Source: an uncultured Candidatus Saccharibacteria bacterium
GTDB lineage: Bacteria; Patescibacteriota; Minisyncoccia; UBA6257; 2-01-FULL-56-20
Length of the DNA stretch: 64,000 nt
Reading direction: 5' to 3'
Assembly (NCBI GenBank): GCA_964360585.1
Contig: CAYHXC010000006.1
Location: 8,256-72,255 of the forward strand
This document shows, piece by piece, positions 9,463 to 18,122 of this stretch; position 1 is the first letter of the stretch; each line of letters opens with the position of its first letter. Both the position numbers and the translations under genes were made by a program. The notes beneath the pieces were generated by a model. That model saw only the letters and a program-made list of their open reading frames with translations, was not told the DNA's origin and did not search any database.

Positions 9463-9870
9463 TCAGATTTTTTCTCGTCCTTTTGTGGCTGTAACGATAG
9501 GCTTGCGGGTCAAAAAGTGAGCCAGCCAGACACTGAAGTGGTGCTCGGTCGTTGTCGTGAGGTGCCGTGGACCTTCTGTGAGGCAAACGACCGTAAGTGG
9601 GCGGAGTCTGGTTGCCGGACAGGCAGACAGCTCGTGCTCGTAAATCAGTCCCGGAACCGGTTCCTTCATGAGGTCAAGGAAAAACTGACGGGGACCTCCT
9701 TCGGTGTATAGTCGCACTCGGTGCGGTGTGCTCACTCCAGGTTCTACTCCCAGATATTCCGCTACAGCGGTACTGTCGGTGTGTAGCCGGAACGATATGG
9801 TAGTGAAATCGCCCGCTTCTCCTGGGACAAGGTCTAGAAGTCCAAACAAAGTTTGAATCGGTACAGACAT
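9463..9870 (-). CDS. hypothetical protein
   Basis: GAGGAGG RBS 3 nt before ATG (MSVPIQ...). GC-rich. Confidence 0.45.
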   Translation of the reverse strand: MSVPIQTLFGLLDLVPGEAGDFTTISFRLHTDSTAVAEYLGVEPGVSTPHRVRLYTEGGPRQFFLDLMKEPVPGLIYEHELSACPATRLRPLTVVCLTEGPRHLTTTTEHHFSVWLAHFLTRKPIVTATKGREKI

Positions 9871-9984
9871 ATCCTCCTCATTATGGCGGTTAGCGCATCG
9901 CATACTATTAACTCCGTGTTAGTATATGCTCTGCGCGTTAAGTAACTGTTTACTTTTTACCATAAAATATAGTATTGTCAATAT

Positions 9985-11811
9985 ATGGATCGTATTCGGA
10001 ACTTCGTCATTATTGCCCATATCGATAGCGGAAAGTCGACCCTCGCGGATCGGCTTTTAGAGGAGACAAAAACTGTGGAGACGCGGTTGATGAAACCACA
10101 GTATTTAGATCAGTTGTCTCTGGAGCGCGAGCGGGGGATTACGATCAAGATGGCGCCGGTGCGGATGGTCTATCGACCATCGCACGGGGCAAAGGGCATG
10201 GAGCATAGCGCCGAGCACTTAGCGCCAAGCGCCTTGCCAAGTTCAGAATTTATTCTGAACTTGATTGACACTCCTGGCCACTCGGATTTCTCGTATGAAG
10301 TCTCGCGTGCTTTAACGGCTGTCGAAGGCGCCTTGCTTCTGGTTGATATTACCAAAGGTATCCAGGCGCAGACCCTGGCGAACTTTCGATTTGCAAAAAA
10401 CTTGGGATTAAAAATTATCGGCGCGGTGAACAAGATTGATATGCCCTCACCGAATGCGGAAAAGATTATCTCGCTTCTCGCTAAATTAATTGATCAGGAG
10501 CCGGAAGATATTATTCGTCTCTCCGCCAAAACAGGACAGGGCGTTTCTGATGTTTTGAAAAAAATTGTTGAACAGGTGCCGCCACCAAAAACTTCGGGAG
10601 AAAATCTCCAAGGTTTAATCTTCGATTCTTTGTATGACGATCACAAGGGAATTGTCGCTTTCGTGCGTATTATGGGAGGAAAAGTGAAAGCCGGAGATAA
10701 GATCGCCTTGGGCGCGCTTGGTAAGACATTTGAAGTAAAAGAAGTCGGCCATTTCAGCCCGAAACTTACCCCCGGGAAAGAATTGTCGGCTGGGGAGATT
10801 GGCTATGTGGCGACGGGATTGAAGGAACCGGCACTAGTGAATATCGGAGACACAATTATTACTCCAGGTTCCGGCACGCCGCCCCTTCGGGGCTACCGTG
10901 AGCCACGGCCGGTTGTATTTGTTTCTTTTTATCCACAGAACGCCACTTCCTTCGAGGATTTGCGAGCCGCTTTAGGGAAATTACGCTTGAACGACGCCGC
11001 TTTAAATTACGAACCGGAATCCAACGAACTTTTGGGACGGGGATTTAAAGTTGGTTTTTTGGGTCAGCTTCATTTCGAGATTACGGCCAGCCGCCTGAAA
11101 GACGAGTTCGGCGCTGATTTTTCAACCAGTTTGCCTTCGGTGGCGTATCGGGTTGTCGAGCGTGGTGTGGAGAAGGTTATTAAACAAGCGGCCGAGTTTC
11201 CAGAAAATCCGGACAAGGTCTTTCAGCCAATCATTCAGCTGGATGTGGTTACCCCGCCGGAGTATTTAAATGGTGTTCTGGGACTGACCAAGACCTACGA
11301 CTTTGATATTTTGGAAACCAAAAACTTTGGTGATGATCTTTTGCTCGTCGGCAAGATGCCCTTGGCCGAGTTGATGCGCGGTTTTGATAACACGATTAAA
11401 TCAGTCACGGCCGGGTACGCTTCGTTTTCGTATGAGTTGATCGAAGAAGAGCCAGCTGACGTGCAAAAACTGGAAATTCTCGTAAACGAAGAAAGCATTC
11501 CCGCACTTTCTCGCATTGTGCCTCGTAAAGATGCCGAGCGAGAGGGTCGCGAAATGGTGGATCGCTTGAAGGATCTTTTGCCGAAACAGCAGTTCAAACA
11601 ACCGATTCAGGCTAAGGTCTTGGGCCGAATTATTGCTCGGGAAACAATTCCAGCCATAAAAAAGAAATTGGGCGACTTTGGCAAAAACGGCGGCGACATT
11701 ACGCGCAAGATGAAACTCTGGAAAAAACAGAAACGCGGTAAGGAAAAATTGCAGGAGCTGGGGAAAGTTACAATCAGTCCAGAGGTTATACGCGAGATTT
11801 TGAAGAAGTAG
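9985..11811 (+). CDS. lepA: translation elongation factor 4 (LepA)
   Basis: IRNFVIIAHIDSGKSTLADRLLE, DTPGH, NKID and the LepA-specific C-terminus ...KKQKRGKEKLQELG. It carries a ~20-aa insertion before DTPGH. Confidence 0.92.
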   Translation: MDRIRNFVIIAHIDSGKSTLADRLLEETKTVETRLMKPQYLDQLSLERERGITIKMAPVRMVYRPSHGAKGMEHSAEHLAPSALPSSEFILNLIDTPGHSDFSYEVSRALTAVEGALLLVDITKGIQAQTLANFRFAKNLGLKIIGAVNKIDMPSPNAEKIISLLAKLIDQEPEDIIRLSAKTGQGVSDVLKKIVEQVPPPKTSGENLQGLIFDSLYDDHKGIVAFVRIMGGKVKAGDKIALGALGKTFEVKEVGHFSPKLTPGKELSAGEIGYVATGLKEPALVNIGDTIITPGSGTPPLRGYREPRPVVFVSFYPQNATSFEDLRAALGKLRLNDAALNYEPESNELLGRGFKVGFLGQLHFEITASRLKDEFGADFSTSLPSVAYRVVERGVEKVIKQAAEFPENPDKVFQPIIQLDVVTPPEYLNGVLGLTKTYDFDILETKNFGDDLLLVGKMPLAELMRGFDNTIKSVTAGYASFSYELIEEEPADVQKLEILVNEESIPALSRIVPRKDAEREGREMVDRLKDLLPKQQFKQPIQAKVLGRIIARETIPAIKKKLGDFGKNGGDITRKMKLWKKQKRGKEKLQELGKVTISPEVIREILKK

Positions 11812-11814
11812 AGT

Positions 11815-11883
11815 CTTGTCATTGCGAGTGAAACGAAGCAATCTAGATTGCCACAGTCGCTACGCTCCTTCGCAATGACAACG
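11815..11883. repeat. REP-like palindrome (R2)
   Basis: tGTCATTGCGAGtgaaacgaaGCAATCTAGATTGCcacagtcgctacgctccttCGCAATGACA. Confidence 0.85.
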
Positions 11884-11940
11884 ATACGTTCAATCAGTTA
11901 AGTGAAATAAAAAAGCCGAACTCATTTCTGAGTTGGCTAG

Positions 11941-12342
11941 TTACTTCCCGATAAACGCAAAAGCTTGATCTAAGGGGTGGCCCGCATCGTCTGCGGCGTC
12001 GGAATGTTCGCAGAGTCCACTTACAACCATGCACGTGGCAACCTTAGTCTCTAGGATACGGACGAAATCTTCTAGCTTGAGACCATCGATCAGCTCAACG
12101 TGCTGGATGGGTGTAATCTCATCTTCTCGTACGCGGGTACTTCGATCCGAGTGAGTTATCCGGACCCGAAAATGAGTCAGTATTCCTCGTGCCCCCAGCG
12201 TGCAAATCACAGTTACTTTTCGTTCTAGGCAGTTTGCTGGCGTTCGGAAATATTCGAGGAGTCGCAGCACCACCGCATGAGTCAAATCTTCTAGTTTGAA
12301 GAGATCTTGCGGCGAGAAGAAAGCCATCGTGTATCTGCTCAT
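11941..12342 (-). CDS. hypothetical protein
   Basis: ORF track. Weak GGAGAC RBS. Confidence 0.4.
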   Translation of the reverse strand: MSRYTMAFFSPQDLFKLEDLTHAVVLRLLEYFRTPANCLERKVTVICTLGARGILTHFRVRITHSDRSTRVREDEITPIQHVELIDGLKLEDFVRILETKVATCMVVSGLCEHSDAADDAGHPLDQAFAFIGK

Positions 12343-12496
12343 TATCTGTCTCCGTTTGTCCTCTTGCGAGGAGATAGCCTCTCCGAAGAGAGGGAGTGGG
12401 TAGGACTAAGGAGATTTATACTCTTTTTTACAGGGCCGTCAATTCTGTTCATAAGATTTTCTCGATATTTTTATATACATTGTGTATTGTTAGAGG

Positions 12497-12790
12497 GTGA
12501 AGAATGTTTTAGCTATTGGTGTTTTAGTTCTGGCGCTCAGTTTTTTGTCTGTGCAGGCGTTTACTTTTTGGAGTCGCGAAGGACAACTGGCGAATGAGCT
12601 GGCCGAAGCGCAGGAAAAGCTAAAGAAGGCGGAAGGGACTCGCGACAACCTAGAGGCCCAACTGGTTGGTTACGATGATCCAGAAAGTATAGAACGGACA
12701 GTCCGAGAGCAGTTCAACTACCGTCGACCGGATGAAAAAATGTTAATTATTATTCCTCCCCGTGAGAGCGCGACTTCGACAAGTAATTAG
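12497..12790 (+). CDS. septum formation initiator (FtsB/DivIC-like)
   Basis: N-terminal TM, a coiled coil, and a C-terminal ...IERTVREQFNYRRPDEKMLII that matches the FtsB/DivIC consensus. Confidence 0.55.
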   Translation: MKNVLAIGVLVLALSFLSVQAFTFWSREGQLANELAEAQEKLKKAEGTRDNLEAQLVGYDDPESIERTVREQFNYRRPDEKMLIIIPPRESATSTSN

Positions 12791-13343
12791 GGTTCATCGC
12801 CGTAAGCTGGCGCTTTTTTGCGTGGTTCTTGGCCTTGGCATATTTGCTGTAATTTACGGAGGATTCTACCCCATACTTATGGTCAATGGCGATTGGGTTC
12901 TGGCTCGGCAGTTTGATCTGCATCTCCGCGCGGCGGAAGAGTATGAGAAAAATACGGCCGCGGCGACTTCAACTCCTTCCGTTTTAAAGGACAGTAATTT
13001 GGTCACCGCTGTTTTAGAAGGTCTTATTGAAGAAAAACTTATTGAACGCGGTGCGCGGCGAGAGTTCAGTTCGGAGCTTGAAGCTCGGAAGAAGGAATTG
13101 CTAGCCAGCTTTCTCAAGGATAATCCTATTACCGGAGAGGAAGGCGCTCGTTATGGGATGAAGCTCATGGTTTTTGAGCAAGAGATTCTTCTGCCCCAGA
13201 TTACCCGCGATCTTCTCGCCGGACGGCTTTATTTGCAATCCTTGCGCCTTGAAGACTGGCTGACATTTGAAAAAAAGAATGCCCGAGTTTCTATTTTTTC
13301 AAAAGTATTCACCTGGGACGGGGGGAGTGTCAAAACAAAATAA
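12762..13343 (+). CDS. hypothetical membrane-anchored protein
   Basis: ORF track. N-terminal TM. Overlaps the upstream gene. Confidence 0.45.
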   Translation: MRARLRQVIRVHRRKLALFCVVLGLGIFAVIYGGFYPILMVNGDWVLARQFDLHLRAAEEYEKNTAAATSTPSVLKDSNLVTAVLEGLIEEKLIERGARREFSSELEARKKELLASFLKDNPITGEEGARYGMKLMVFEQEILLPQITRDLLAGRLYLQSLRLEDWLTFEKKNARVSIFSKVFTWDGGSVKTK

Positions 13344-13441
13344 TTGCTGGTTTTCTAAAAACAGCTTAGAGTAATTTTCATTGGCGGGCTTGCCCGCGCT
13401 CCGTCGGCCAAAGCCTCTGGCGGCGTGAGACCGAAGCTTTA

Positions 13442-13492
13442 GCGAGGCGAGTAGTACGATAGCCCTGCCTGCCGGCAGGCAGGTTCCCAAGC
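13442..13492 (+). pseudogene. tRNA-like 5'-half fragment (acceptor/D-arm-like GCGAGGCGAGTAGTACGATAGCC ... TTCCCAA)
   Basis: Resembles the 5' half of the downstream tRNA-Gly (GCGAGAGTAGTACAATGGCAG...CTTGCTTCCCAAGCAAG) but is not foldable as a tRNA. It contains a 10+10 bp perfect palindrome CCTGCCTGCCGGCAGGCAGG. Confidence 0.4.
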
Positions 13493-13612
13493 CCCTCACC
13501 CAATAAGCAAAGTATGCGAGAGTAGTACAATGGCAGTACACTTGCTTCCCAAGCAAGAAACGCGGGTCCGATTCCCGTCTCTCGCTCCAAGGTTGCTTAT
13601 TAGGTGAGGGGC
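13491..13612. repeat. 20-bp inverted repeat pair flanking the tRNA (GCCCCTCACCCAATAAGCAA / TTGCTTATTAGGTGAGGGGC)
   Basis: The arms at 13491-13510 and 13593-13612 are reverse complements with 1 mismatch. Confidence 0.8.
13516..13589 (+). tRNA. tRNA-Gly (anticodon CCC)
   Basis: Manual fold: acceptor GCGAGAG/CTCTCGC, D-arm GTAC-AATGGCA-GTAC, anticodon stem CTTGC/GCAAG with loop TTCCCAA, T-arm ...GGGTCCGATTCCC..., discriminator T, CCA encoded. Confidence 0.85.
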
Positions 13613-13715
13613 AAGCTAAGGATGCGGTCCGACTTGTGGTGAGTTTATCGAACCATTCCGCTCACCCGCTCCAGTTTTGTAGAAAAAGATACAGAGTATT
13701 TTGCTTGGTTCTGCC

Positions 13716-13814
13716 TTGAACGAGCAGGCGGCGAGGCTTCGCGTGCGGCTCGCGGGTAAAAGATTTCCTCTCCCCCCACCCCCTCGTTCACTTTTCCCAC
13801 TCATCAGTCCGGCC
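13716..13814. repeat. 98-bp inverted repeat, left copy (IR-L)
   Basis: Reverse complement of 16296-16393 at about 97% identity; it differs by a C-tract length and one substitution. Confidence 0.9.
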
Positions 13815-13949
13815 CACGTGGATATGGGTGCAATGGCGGCGCGTCTCACAGAAGAATACTCTGCGCCTTTAAGATTTTAGCGCTTAGCTTGCCAACTTTT
13901 GGTTTTTAGCTATGCACTTTAGATATTTATATTGTACAATAGAACAGTA

Positions 13950-15401
13950 ATGTCAAAAATAGAAAAGAAGGGAACGTTTCGCCTCGTGGTTTTTTTGGTT
14001 GCTATTGTATTCGCATTTACAATTTCGGTTGCAGTTGCCTCGCTTACATTTACCACCACGAATGTCACAAGCGACTCGACGCTCACCATTGACAGCGAAG
14101 GAGCACTCACAATTGGCAACGCCACTGCCACCACCGTCACCGTGGGAAGAAGTGGTTTTACGGTTTCGTTTCCGGGAAATGTCTCGACCACGAACTTCAC
14201 GGCCACAAACGTCTCGACGACCAATCTGACCGCCTCGGGGTATGGTCTGTTTACAACCTTGAACTTTACCAATACTTCGGGAACCAATATCACCGTTTCC
14301 GGATATGGAACCTTCCCGACCCTTAACTTTACCACGTCGACGGGCACTTCTTTCACGGTCACGAACGCTACCGCGACCACACTGCGTTTTACCAATGCCT
14401 CTGGTACAAGCCTTACACTTTCAAACGCCTTGGACATTTCTTCAGGAGGACTAGGAACGAGTACTGCCCCATCAGCCAGTGTGGTTCTTGTCGGCGACGG
14501 TACGAATTATCAATTTTCAACGATACCCAACTGTGCGACTGGTTCAACGGACAAGCTACTCTACACCAGTTCTACCCGAACCTTTACCTGTGGTAGCGAC
14601 CAAACGGGTGTAGGAGGAACAGAGTCCGGCTGGAGAACCAATAGTCCCTTCGTGTATCTTGCGACCTCAACTGATATTGTCGGCATCGGCGCAACTTCTA
14701 CGGGCGTGAAGTTCTCAATTCAAGGTACAAGCGTGGCTTCTACCACGCTTCTTATTCAAGGAATGGCGGCGCAAACCGGGGATCTTCTGCGCGTTGCTTC
14801 TTCTGGCGGTCAAATCTACTGGCAGATATCCTCTTTGGGCGTTGCGTCGTCGTCTGAACTTATTGTTAATTCCTCGACTATTGCGAGGCTTGCCTTTACC
14901 AATGCCACGAGCACCGGCAACCTCCAAGCGTCAACAATTAATATTACTGGAGTCTCAACGCTCCAAGGATTCACCTTTACGAACGCCACAGGAACAACTA
15001 TGAATACCTCGGGTAATGGCACTTTTGGTTCAATCACAACGACCGGCCAATCATCTTTGGTCTCGGTTTCCTCTACCAATTTGAGCGCTTCTTCGTCGCT
15101 TATTATCGGTTATGGTGCTCCGATTCTAAAACATATTTCGGTGACTTCCTCGCTTGATATCGCCAGTGTTTCAGCGTCAACATGTGTTAACACCACAAGC
15201 ACCGTAACTGGTGCGGCAACCGGAGATACGGTACTTGCGACACCAACCCCCGTAGCAAGCGGCATCGAGACTCTGGCGCTTTCGTGGAATGCATGGATTT
15301 CAGCCGCAAATACAGTTACGCTCCGAGCATGTAATATTATGACCATCACTTCCCAGGATCCTGCAGCGGAAACCTGGCGCTTCGATGTTTGGCAACATTA
15401 G
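13950..15401 (+). CDS. Thr/Ser/Asn-rich repeat surface protein (beta-helix/fibre-like) with an N-terminal membrane anchor
   Basis: Internal ~21-aa repeats (GYGLFTTLNFTNTSGTNITVS / GYGTFPTLNFTTSTGTSFTVT / ...TLRFTNASGTSLTLS), many NxT motifs, N-terminal hydrophobic segment. Confidence 0.6.
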   Translation: MSKIEKKGTFRLVVFLVAIVFAFTISVAVASLTFTTTNVTSDSTLTIDSEGALTIGNATATTVTVGRSGFTVSFPGNVSTTNFTATNVSTTNLTASGYGLFTTLNFTNTSGTNITVSGYGTFPTLNFTTSTGTSFTVTNATATTLRFTNASGTSLTLSNALDISSGGLGTSTAPSASVVLVGDGTNYQFSTIPNCATGSTDKLLYTSSTRTFTCGSDQTGVGGTESGWRTNSPFVYLATSTDIVGIGATSTGVKFSIQGTSVASTTLLIQGMAAQTGDLLRVASSGGQIYWQISSLGVASSSELIVNSSTIARLAFTNATSTGNLQASTINITGVSTLQGFTFTNATGTTMNTSGNGTFGSITTTGQSSLVSVSSTNLSASSSLIIGYGAPILKHISVTSSLDIASVSASTCVNTTSTVTGAATGDTVLATPTPVASGIETLALSWNAWISAANTVTLRACNIMTITSQDPAAETWRFDVWQH

Positions 15402-16293
15402 ACGCTATGATCGTTTTCCGTGTCGCGCACTACTTCTTGTTTTTGCGCTGGGGTTTTTACTATTGACGAATAATGCGCATGCCGCACCTCTTACTTACAG
15501 CGCAGATATAACCATCTCGCTCACCTCTCCGGCAATAGACTTTATTGTTAAATCGGGTTCATTTGCCGACACCTTAACCACGAACGCAACAAGCGCTATT
15601 GTCACACTTTCAAGTTCTACGGGAGGAAATTTTACGCTTATCTCTGCCTCACGCGATATTTCGATTGCGACCTCAAGTAGCGGCGGCGTCGTAACCACAA
15701 GTTGCACGAGCGGAGTGGCGAGTACTACGATTTCCCAGACAAATGGCTCCAGCGTCTATACGATATCAGCTGCTGCCTCGCAGTGTACCGCCTCAACCAC
15801 AGCTTCCTCCCTCACCGCAACCCCCTCAGTTACCATTGGCGTCCCACCCTATACGCCACCGTGCGATACATTACCACCCGGCACTCATGTGCCATGTCTC
15901 GTCTCACTCACAAATCCACTGGCTGTCCCGCGCGTACTGTCCTTGGAAGACCAGTTGGCAAATCCTTCCGCCATCTTGGAATCCATGCGTCGAGAAGCCA
16001 ACCGTCGCGGCATTATACCTACAGACACTTCACGCCAAAGCTTTTCTTGGATCTCGCGGAATCTCACCATAGGTTCAAGTGGAAAAGACGTGCAAGAATT
16101 ACAAGCTTTTCTTATTGGCCAGCAGAAGGGTCGCTACGCCCTTACGTTGAGAAAAATCGGTGCGAGTGGTTATTTCGGCGTCGCGACACAGCGAGCCTTA
16201 CAAGAATTTCAAGCTTTCCACAACATCAAGCCAGCGAGGGGTTACTTTGGCCCCAAGACGATCAAATACCTACGTACGTTTTTCGATCAATAG
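15385..16293 (+). CDS. secreted protein with a C-terminal peptidoglycan-binding domain (PG_binding_1-like)
   Basis: Signal peptide ending AHA|AP, a Thr/Ser-rich middle, and a C-terminal ...LQAFLIGQQ...GYFGVATQRALQEFQAFHNIKPARGYFGPKT typical of the putative PG-binding domain. Confidence 0.6.
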   Translation: MFGNIRRYDRFPCRALLLVFALGFLLLTNNAHAAPLTYSADITISLTSPAIDFIVKSGSFADTLTTNATSAIVTLSSSTGGNFTLISASRDISIATSSSGGVVTTSCTSGVASTTISQTNGSSVYTISAAASQCTASTTASSLTATPSVTIGVPPYTPPCDTLPPGTHVPCLVSLTNPLAVPRVLSLEDQLANPSAILESMRREANRRGIIPTDTSRQSFSWISRNLTIGSSGKDVQELQAFLIGQQKGRYALTLRKIGASGYFGVATQRALQEFQAFHNIKPARGYFGPKTIKYLRTFFDQ

Positions 16294-16295
16294 GA

Positions 16296-16393
16296 GGCCG
16301 GACTGATGAGTGGGAAAAGTGAACGAGGGGGTGGGGAGAGAGGAAATCTTTTACCCACGAGCCGCACGCGAAGCCTCGCCGCCTGCTCGTTCA
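16296..16393. repeat. 98-bp inverted repeat, right copy (IR-R)
   Basis: Begins 3 nt after the stop of gene 15385..16293; partner of IR-L. Confidence 0.9.
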
Positions 16394-16526
16394 GGGCTAA
16401 GCTCAGCTTTGCCGTAGCTTTTAGCGAAGGAGGGGATTCCGTATCCCGCTCCCGCAAGATAGCAATGTTGTATACTTAAGGCAGGTAGAAAAGAGGTCGG
16501 CTTCTTAAATTAATCAATACAATACT

Positions 16527-17081
16527 ATGATTCTTTGGATTGTTCTAGGAATTATCGTCGTTTTGGCGGTTTGGGTGATCGTTGTTTTTAACGCGCTCGT
16601 TCGGAATCGAATGCGGGTAAAAGATGCCTGGTCGGATATCGACGTTCAGCTGAAACGCCGCTATGACCTTGTGCCGAACCTCGTTGAAACTGTAAAAGGT
16701 TATAAAGAATATGAGGCCTCTGTCCTGGAAAATGTAACCAAAGCGCGCGTTGCGGCCATGAGTTTAGAGCCGGCTGGTCCCAAAGATCGGGCCAAAGCCG
16801 AAGATATGTTTACTGGCGCCTTAAAGACGCTTTTTGCGGTTTCAGAAAACTATCCGCAACTCAAAGCTTCGGAGAATTTTAAACAGCTTCAGGATCAGCT
16901 TTCACTTATCGAAAACGATATTCAGTCGGCCCGTCGGTACTACAACGCAACGGTTCGCGAAATGAACATTGCGATTAAAGTTTTTCCGACGAGTGTTGTC
17001 GCCGGGGCCTTAGGTTTTGACGAAGAAGAATTTTTTGGCGTTGAAGAAGGGGAACGCGAACCAGTAAAGGTTTCATTTTAG
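16527..17081 (+). CDS. lemA: LemA family protein
   Basis: N-terminal TM plus ...DAWSDIDVQLKRRYDLVPNLVETVKGY...SARRYYNATVREMN, the LemA signature. Confidence 0.85.
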   Translation: MILWIVLGIIVVLAVWVIVVFNALVRNRMRVKDAWSDIDVQLKRRYDLVPNLVETVKGYKEYEASVLENVTKARVAAMSLEPAGPKDRAKAEDMFTGALKTLFAVSENYPQLKASENFKQLQDQLSLIENDIQSARRYYNATVREMNIAIKVFPTSVVAGALGFDEEEFFGVEEGEREPVKVSF

Positions 17082-17145
17082 ACCGTTCCATTGACGAAAA
17101 TCAGGAGTTAGTTCAAGCTGGAGACAGTCTCGATTGGGAGGAAAA

Positions 17146-17511
17146 ATGAGCCTACAGACAATTGGCGCTTTGCGGGCAGTCATGATTACCGATGAGCCCA
17201 ATCTCGTCGTCATTCACGGTTTGGAAATTGATTTTGAGGCCAAAGGAGCGAATGTTCGTGATACGCAAGACCAGTTTGAAATAGGTCTTGTGGAGGTATT
17301 TCGGGAACACACGAAGCGCATGGGGGGTATACGCAACCTCTGGAAAGTGGCGCCACCGGAATTTTGGCTTCATGTCGTGGATGGAGCCACCCAGGGAGAG
17401 TTACGCCAAACTCCTCAGCTTTTCCCATTTTCTCATGTTCTCTACCTCCAATCTCCACTTCGTTTGCCGTCACGCCTTCCGCTCAGTTTGGTGGGGCAGT
17501 CAGCAGCCTAG
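17146..17511 (+). CDS. hypothetical protein
   Basis: GGGAGG RBS 5 nt before ATG (MSLQTIG...). Confidence 0.4.
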   Translation: MSLQTIGALRAVMITDEPNLVVIHGLEIDFEAKGANVRDTQDQFEIGLVEVFREHTKRMGGIRNLWKVAPPEFWLHVVDGATQGELRQTPQLFPFSHVLYLQSPLRLPSRLPLSLVGQSAA

Positions 17512-17593
17512 CGATATTCGCTGGGCTTTTTTTATTGACACATGGTAGATTGTTTTCTATTTTAGAACAAGCAAGTATTGATTGGAGGGAAAC

Positions 17594-18064
17594 ATGGATC
17601 ACGTTGTGTCGGCTGAAGTTGCCCATGGCCACACAGTCTTTGGTGTGGAAAATCCCACAGGTCAAGAGAACTGTCATGTCCTTGTAAAAAAGGATCTTAG
17701 TGGAAAGGTGTTGGAGCAGATTCAGGCCGAACACTGGCTGAATCAATGTCCGGTTTGCGAAGGGAATCTCCACGCACAATTAAAATGTTCTCGTGGCAGT
17801 ACATTCCAGGCGAACCTCAACTGGTGGGAAAAGATACGGAGAATGTGTTCTTCGTGCCAGATTATCTGGGAGCTCGTCTGTAGCAACCACACGGAAGAAC
17901 GGGGAGACGGGATGATCACCAGGATGAGTCATAAACTCACTCTTCTCGGTTACAACAACTGTTTCTGTCGGGCACTTGTTTTCCCGAAATTTAATGATGG
18001 AGGCCTTTCCATCCACAGAGGAGTAGGTCACTCCAGACTGAATGTAATCTGCAGGAATCAATGA
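17594..18064 (+). CDS. hypothetical Cys-rich protein (CPVC...C...C, CSSC...C zinc-ribbon-like)
   Basis: GGAGGG RBS before ATG (MDHVV...). Terminator downstream at 18068-18100. Confidence 0.4.
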   Translation: MDHVVSAEVAHGHTVFGVENPTGQENCHVLVKKDLSGKVLEQIQAEHWLNQCPVCEGNLHAQLKCSRGSTFQANLNWWEKIRRMCSSCQIIWELVCSNHTEERGDGMITRMSHKLTLLGYNNCFCRALVFPKFNDGGLSIHRGVGHSRLNVICRNQ

Positions 18065-18067
18065 AGT

Positions 18068-18100
18068 GGACCGCACAGTATATCACTGGCGGTCTTTTTT
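18068..18100. terminator. bidirectional rho-independent terminator between convergent genes
   Basis: GGACCGCacagtatatcACTGGCGGTC followed by TTTTTT. Confidence 0.55.
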
Positions 18101-18122
18101 AATGCTCGGAAATCATGACTGC

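Noticed and set aside
13616-13849. 77-aa ORF across IR-L, and ORF 15702..16322 across IR-R
   Set aside because: They overlap the 98-bp inverted repeats and the better-supported exported-protein genes. Composition is Arg/Gly-rich and junk-like.
17483-18076. Two in-frame minus ORFs separated by a stop, as stop-codon recoding
   Set aside because: The intervening codon is TAA, not TGA, and TGA is used as an ordinary stop elsewhere (e.g. at 28218). The + strand genes have strong RBSs.
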